Positions 59,836 to 64,000 of a stretch of 64,000 nucleotides of DNA are shown here, one piece after another (position 1 is the first letter of the stretch; the number at the start of each line of letters is the position of its first letter). Source of the DNA: a virus (lineage: Duplodnaviria; Caudoviricetes); the IMG/VR virus record IMGVR_UViG_3300013212_000061, positions 1 to 64,000 of that record; one strand, 5' to 3'. The notes under the pieces were generated by a model that saw only the letters and a list, made by a program, of their open reading frames with translations, was not told the DNA's origin and made no database searches. A program made the position numbers and the translations under genes.

Positions 59836-60813
59836 ATGAGTACAGAAACCGATTCAAATCTAGAAGAACAATATAAAAATATGGTTCAATCTGTCGAAAA
59901 CCAAGAAGTTCCACAAAATGCAGTTCCGGAACCAGTACAAGAAGCACCTTTAAATTTAGGAAAGGTTAACATGGAAAGATTTACTGGTGAAAAGGCCGAA
60001 GATGCAGATTTCCACCTAGGTTATCATACAATTCCATTACTTTCACTACCTTCAGGAGGTATGTTTTACCCAGAAGGAACTCAACTTTCAATTAGATCTG
60101 CAAAAGTTGCAGAAGTTAGACATTTTTCAACTATCGATGAGACAAATGTTTTAGATATTGATGAGAAATTAAATACAATTGTAGATTCTTGTACAAGAAT
60201 TACATGTACATCAAAAAGATTATCTTATAAAGACCTTTTAGAAGAGGACCGTTTTTATGTTATTCTTTCTATTAGAGACCTAACTTTTCCAGAGCCAGAA
60301 TCAAGTTTAAAAATTGAGCACACTAGCAAAAAAGGAGAGAAACACGACATTGAAATTAAAAAAGACTATTTTCAATACTTTAAAATTCCAACAGAACTTG
60401 ACAAGTATTATGATTCTGAGTCAAAATCTTTCTTAGTTGAAACTCGATCATTTGGTACTATTGAAATGAAACCGCCTGCTATCGGAGTTATGCAAAAAAT
60501 TACTGCATATATTAAAGAGAAACAGCAAAAAGGACTTAAAGTTGACCAGTCAGTACTTCAAATTATTCCATACTTGCACAAGGATTGGAGAACTTTTAGT
60601 GATAAAACAATTTTTGAATTTGAAATTGAATTAAACGGATGGACTAATAAAAAATACAATTTGGTTTATACATTGGCTGAAAAAATGAAAGTTGGAATTC
60701 AACCAAATATGCTAGTACAATTAGGGGACGAGGAGGAAGAGGTTCCCATCAGTTTTCGCGACGGAATCAAATCTCTTTTCATTGTTCAAGATATCGCTGG
60801 AGAACTTCTTTAA
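59836..60813 (+). CDS. Baseplate hub / tail assembly chaperone (gp26-like)
   Basis: LPSGGMFYP, DLLEEDRFYVILSIRDLT; between tube and tape measure. Confidence 0.6.
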   Translation: MSTETDSNLEEQYKNMVQSVENQEVPQNAVPEPVQEAPLNLGKVNMERFTGEKAEDADFHLGYHTIPLLSLPSGGMFYPEGTQLSIRSAKVAEVRHFSTIDETNVLDIDEKLNTIVDSCTRITCTSKRLSYKDLLEEDRFYVILSIRDLTFPEPESSLKIEHTSKKGEKHDIEIKKDYFQYFKIPTELDKYYDSESKSFLVETRSFGTIEMKPPAIGVMQKITAYIKEKQQKGLKVDQSVLQIIPYLHKDWRTFSDKTIFEFEIELNGWTNKKYNLVYTLAEKMKVGIQPNMLVQLGDEEEEVPISFRDGIKSLFIVQDIAGELL

Positions 60814-61030
60814 AACGAAGTTTCAAATATATCTTAAACTACATATGCAACCATCGGAGCTTGAGAGATTGGAATACTATGAATTCCATTATCTTGTTAA
60901 AGACTTGATAGAGCATATCAAAGAGGAGAATAAACAGAACCAAGGTCAAAATGATGCAACATCTGGCATGATGGGTAACATGAAAATGCCAAACATGAAA
61001 ATGCCAAACATCAGTATGCCGAAAATGTAA
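60782..61030 (+). CDS. gp51-like / gpT-like tail chaperone C-part
   Basis: SLENFFKTKF...SELERLEYYE; TTG start only, overlapping the upstream gene in the +1 frame. Confidence 0.55.
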   Translation: MFKISLENFFKTKFQIYLKLHMQPSELERLEYYEFHYLVKDLIEHIKEENKQNQGQNDATSGMMGNMKMPNMKMPNISMPKM

Positions 61031-61033
61031 AAT

Positions 61034-61060
61034 AAAGGGTCCCTAATCGGGCCCTTTTTT
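61034..61060 (+). terminator. Intrinsic terminator
   Basis: AAAGGGTCC/GGGCCCTTT + T run. Confidence 0.7.
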
Positions 61061-61111
61061 ATTTGGATATATAACAAAGATAAAGATTTATCTTAAAAAA
61101 ATCGACAATAG

Positions 61112-63604
61112 GTGACTCAAAACGTTAAACAACTTTCGCTACTAACAAGCCCTTTAAATAAAATTCAAGACGCTACCGAAGCAACTGCAGTTATTCTTAA
61201 TAGAATTGCTGAAGTTATTCTTAATGGAGCAAGTAGTAAATCAGGAGAAACCACTTCAGATGAGCTTAAAAAACAAACAACAATACTTACCGATATTCGA
61301 AGCATCTTAAGGGAGCAGAATAAAGTATTAGCAAGAGGAACTGGAGCTAAAGGCGGAGCCAGTGGTGGAATGTTTTCCCCGATGTCAGCCAAAGATACTG
61401 GATTAACTGCATTGATGATAGTTGGAGTTGCTGGAGCAATTGTTGGAGCAGCTGCATTATTTACATTAGTTCCGGTTATTTCAATAGGACAGTTGCTTAC
61501 TATACTTGCAGTTGCAGGAATTTTTGCACTTATTGCACCTACGTTTGTTAGAATAGCAGAAATACTCAGTGGACAAACCGATCTTGCTGGAAATGGAAAA
61601 GTAGGAGATTTAAGTAAGCCAAAATCTATGTTTGCACTTGCCGGTGCAACAACGCTTGCAATGGTAGGAATTGCAATATCTATAGTATTAAGTGGAGCAA
61701 TTTTTACACTAATGCCAGTTATTACAGGTGGTCAGTTTTTAACAGCATTGGCAGTTGCACTTATATTGATTCCAGCTGCGTTTGCATATTCATTAATTCT
61801 TAAAGCAACCAAAGGCCTTAAAAAAGAACAATTATTATTTGCAGCAGTTGCAATTCCATTAATAGCACTTGGTATTGTTGCAGCGGCTTATATATTCATG
61901 GCTCTTCCAGAAGGAGACAATTTAATGGCGCCAGACCCTTTATGGACTCTTAAATCTGCTTTTGCAATTGGACTATTTGCAGTTGGTTTTTATTATATTA
62001 TGAAAGCAATTAAAGGTTCTAAACCGGAAGAAATTGCATTTGGAGCTTTTGCAATTCCATTAATTGCAATTAGTATTCTTCTAGTATCTTATATTTTTAT
62101 GGCTCTTCCACAAGGAGACAATGTGATGGCACCAGACCCTCTATGGGTTCTTAAAGCTGGTTTTGCCATGCTTATTTTTGCAATTCCTTTTTATATAGTT
62201 TCAAAAGCCATTAAAGGAATGGGAATTAAAGAGATGTTATTTATGGCATTTGCAATTCCAATAATTGCATTTGGAATTCTTGCAACCGCATGGATTTTCC
62301 AAGGACTTGCTGGAATTGCATTCCAAGCACCTGACCCTATTTGGAGTCTTAAAGCAGCGCTTACTGTTATATTATTTGGCGCTGTGATGTATCTTTCAAG
62401 TAAAACTATTGGAAAATTAAGCATGCCTGACATGCTTAAATCCCTATTAGGAGTCGTTGTAACATCATTTGCAATACTTGCAACTGCATGGCTATTTCAA
62501 CTTTTACCAAGCACATTCACTGCCCCACCCATGGATTGGACATTAGCAGCTGCTCTTTCAATTGGAGCTTTTGCAGTTGTTATCAAAGAAGTTGGTATAG
62601 CTATACAAGCATTGACTCCTGCAACACTTCTTTTAGGAGCATTGGGTATTATAGTAATTGCAATAACTATTGTGGCAGTCGGTTGGATTCTTTCCCTATT
62701 AGAACCGGCGATGCCAGCACTTAAAGGAGTTGCAAGTGGATTTGTAGATATTGTAATGATGCCAGTACATGCTATTATTAGTGCATTTGCCCGATTTAAA
62801 GATGAAATTGGAATTGAAAATATGATTCCTCTTGCTATTGGTGTTGCCGCTTTAGGTGGTGCATGGTTAATATTTTCTGCAGCAGTAGCAGGTGGGGATG
62901 TTGCAGGATTACTTGGTTCCGCCGCTGGAGCAATTGGAGCAATTTTTAATGGAATTGGTTCTCTTTTTGGAGGAGACCAACCATCACCTTTAGATATATT
63001 AAAAGAACTTGCAGTGCTTGGACCTCAAATACAAACACTTGCAAAACCACTGGTTGCAGTTGGAACTGGATTTGCTCTTATTAATAAATCAGCAAACGGA
63101 GTTTCTAAAGCATTTACAAGTGTTACCAAATTTGTTGGAGATACCGATACCGATGATTTAACAGCAAATGCAAAATCATTAAGTAGCATCGCAAATTCTT
63201 ATGTTAAAATTTCAAATGCAAGTAGAACATTAAATGTAAAAGCAATTGAATCTACTACAAACATGTTTAAAGCCCTTACAGATCTTGCCAAAAATAATGG
63301 ACAATCTGCAATGGGAATCTTGGCCGATAAATTACTAGTTGCTGTTAAAGAACTTACCGGAGCCGCTAAAAATCTTGAAGACAGCGTTTCAAAACAAGGT
63401 GATAATACTAGTGCTGCCGCAGATGTGTTGTCCGGAACGTTTAACAATATTAAAGAAACTGTTACTGGAGTTAAGAAAGATGTTAGTAAAATGACAGCAG
63501 ATGCAAAAGGAGTCTTAGACATTCAACCACTTATTGATGCAATAACATCATTAGAAGAACGTTTCGACACATTTATTACTGTTAAAATTAAACCGGAAGA
63601 ATAA
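61112..63604 (+). CDS. Tape-measure-like protein with long hydrophobic repeats
   Basis: GTG start, late promoter 61066, A/G/I/L-rich, APDPLW repeats about every 67 aa. Confidence 0.65.
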   Translation: MTQNVKQLSLLTSPLNKIQDATEATAVILNRIAEVILNGASSKSGETTSDELKKQTTILTDIRSILREQNKVLARGTGAKGGASGGMFSPMSAKDTGLTALMIVGVAGAIVGAAALFTLVPVISIGQLLTILAVAGIFALIAPTFVRIAEILSGQTDLAGNGKVGDLSKPKSMFALAGATTLAMVGIAISIVLSGAIFTLMPVITGGQFLTALAVALILIPAAFAYSLILKATKGLKKEQLLFAAVAIPLIALGIVAAAYIFMALPEGDNLMAPDPLWTLKSAFAIGLFAVGFYYIMKAIKGSKPEEIAFGAFAIPLIAISILLVSYIFMALPQGDNVMAPDPLWVLKAGFAMLIFAIPFYIVSKAIKGMGIKEMLFMAFAIPIIAFGILATAWIFQGLAGIAFQAPDPIWSLKAALTVILFGAVMYLSSKTIGKLSMPDMLKSLLGVVVTSFAILATAWLFQLLPSTFTAPPMDWTLAAALSIGAFAVVIKEVGIAIQALTPATLLLGALGIIVIAITIVAVGWILSLLEPAMPALKGVASGFVDIVMMPVHAIISAFARFKDEIGIENMIPLAIGVAALGGAWLIFSAAVAGGDVAGLLGSAAGAIGAIFNGIGSLFGGDQPSPLDILKELAVLGPQIQTLAKPLVAVGTGFALINKSANGVSKAFTSVTKFVGDTDTDDLTANAKSLSSIANSYVKISNASRTLNVKAIESTTNMFKALTDLAKNNGQSAMGILADKLLVAVKELTGAAKNLEDSVSKQGDNTSAAADVLSGTFNNIKETVTGVKKDVSKMTADAKGVLDIQPLIDAITSLEERFDTFITVKIKPEE

Positions 63605-63646
63605 ACAAATTCAGCGTTTTTTATATAATATAAAAATATAAAATCT

Positions 63647-63901
63647 ATGAAATATCTCTATTTTAGTGCACCTTGGTGCGGACCTTGTAAACAATTAGCG
63701 CCAAAAATGGAATTGGTTGCAGAACAAATTGCTGTTGAAAAAATCTTAGTAGATTCAGATGCAGAAACAACACAAAAGTATGGAATCCGAAATATTCCAA
63801 CAGTAGTATTAATTGATGAGAATGGAGTTGAACTTGAAAGATTCGTAGGAGTTAATCCAGTTGAGTTCTATCTTGAAAAATGGGAGAATCATGTTAACTA
63901 A
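63647..63901 (+). CDS. trxA: Thioredoxin
   Basis: FSAPWCGPCK, IRNIPT. Confidence 0.9.
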   Translation: MKYLYFSAPWCGPCKQLAPKMELVAEQIAVEKILVDSDAETTQKYGIRNIPTVVLIDENGVELERFVGVNPVEFYLEKWENHVN

Positions 63902-64000
63902 AGCATCTATTGTTCAAAGATTATTGGACGAGAAACTAATAACTACCGAAGAGGCAGTGGTCCTGTTAAAAGGAGAAGATTTTAATGGAATAAAATACGT
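63891..64000 (+). CDS. Hypothetical protein, truncated by the window end
   Basis: MLTKASIVQRLLDEKLITTEEAVVLLK... Confidence 0.5.
   Translation, partial: MLTKASIVQRLLDEKLITTEEAVVLLKGEDFNGIKY

Overview
This 64-kb, AT-rich window comes from a large T4-like (Tevenvirinae-related or jumbo) myophage genome. Almost all genes are on the + strand, the standard genetic code is used, and I found no tRNAs or CRISPR arrays. A Bacteroidota host is likely: leaders are A-rich without Shine-Dalgarno sites, there are TAnnTTTR-like promoters, and one signal peptide is followed by Gln. Left to right, the window holds: (1) putative head-packaged proteins sharing an N-terminal MKHIKLFEEFxNE capsid-targeting-like motif, including two ligase-fold proteins, one fused to a HIGH nucleotidyltransferase; (2) a Ro60/TROVE-like DUF2828 vWA gene followed by a separately transcribed region with two stem+UACAGCAA RNA units; (3) a GIY-YIG endonuclease insertion; (4) a candidate DNA-hypermodification operon (DUF6378, SGNH-like protein, myo-inositol-1-phosphate synthase, HAD phosphatase, aGPT-Pplase-like base transferase, gp56-like dCTPase/dUTPase) coupled to a split family B DNA polymerase; (5) RNR, ATP-grasp and carboxyethyl-ornithine-synthase-like genes; (6) clamp, UvsX, gp41 and gp46/47; (7) a gp15-collagen fusion and fibre cassette; (8) gp55, gp4, gp2, portal, protease-scaffold fusion and major capsid; (9) clamp loader, GT2 and RNase H; (10) neck, terminase, a second GIY-YIG, sheath, tube, tail chaperones, tape measure and thioredoxin. 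Three promoter classes can be read directly from the DNA. The top candidates for new biology are a possible inositol-modified DNA pathway and a Ro60-like protein with candidate Y-RNA-like partners. All family assignments are motif recognition by eye; no database searches were run.
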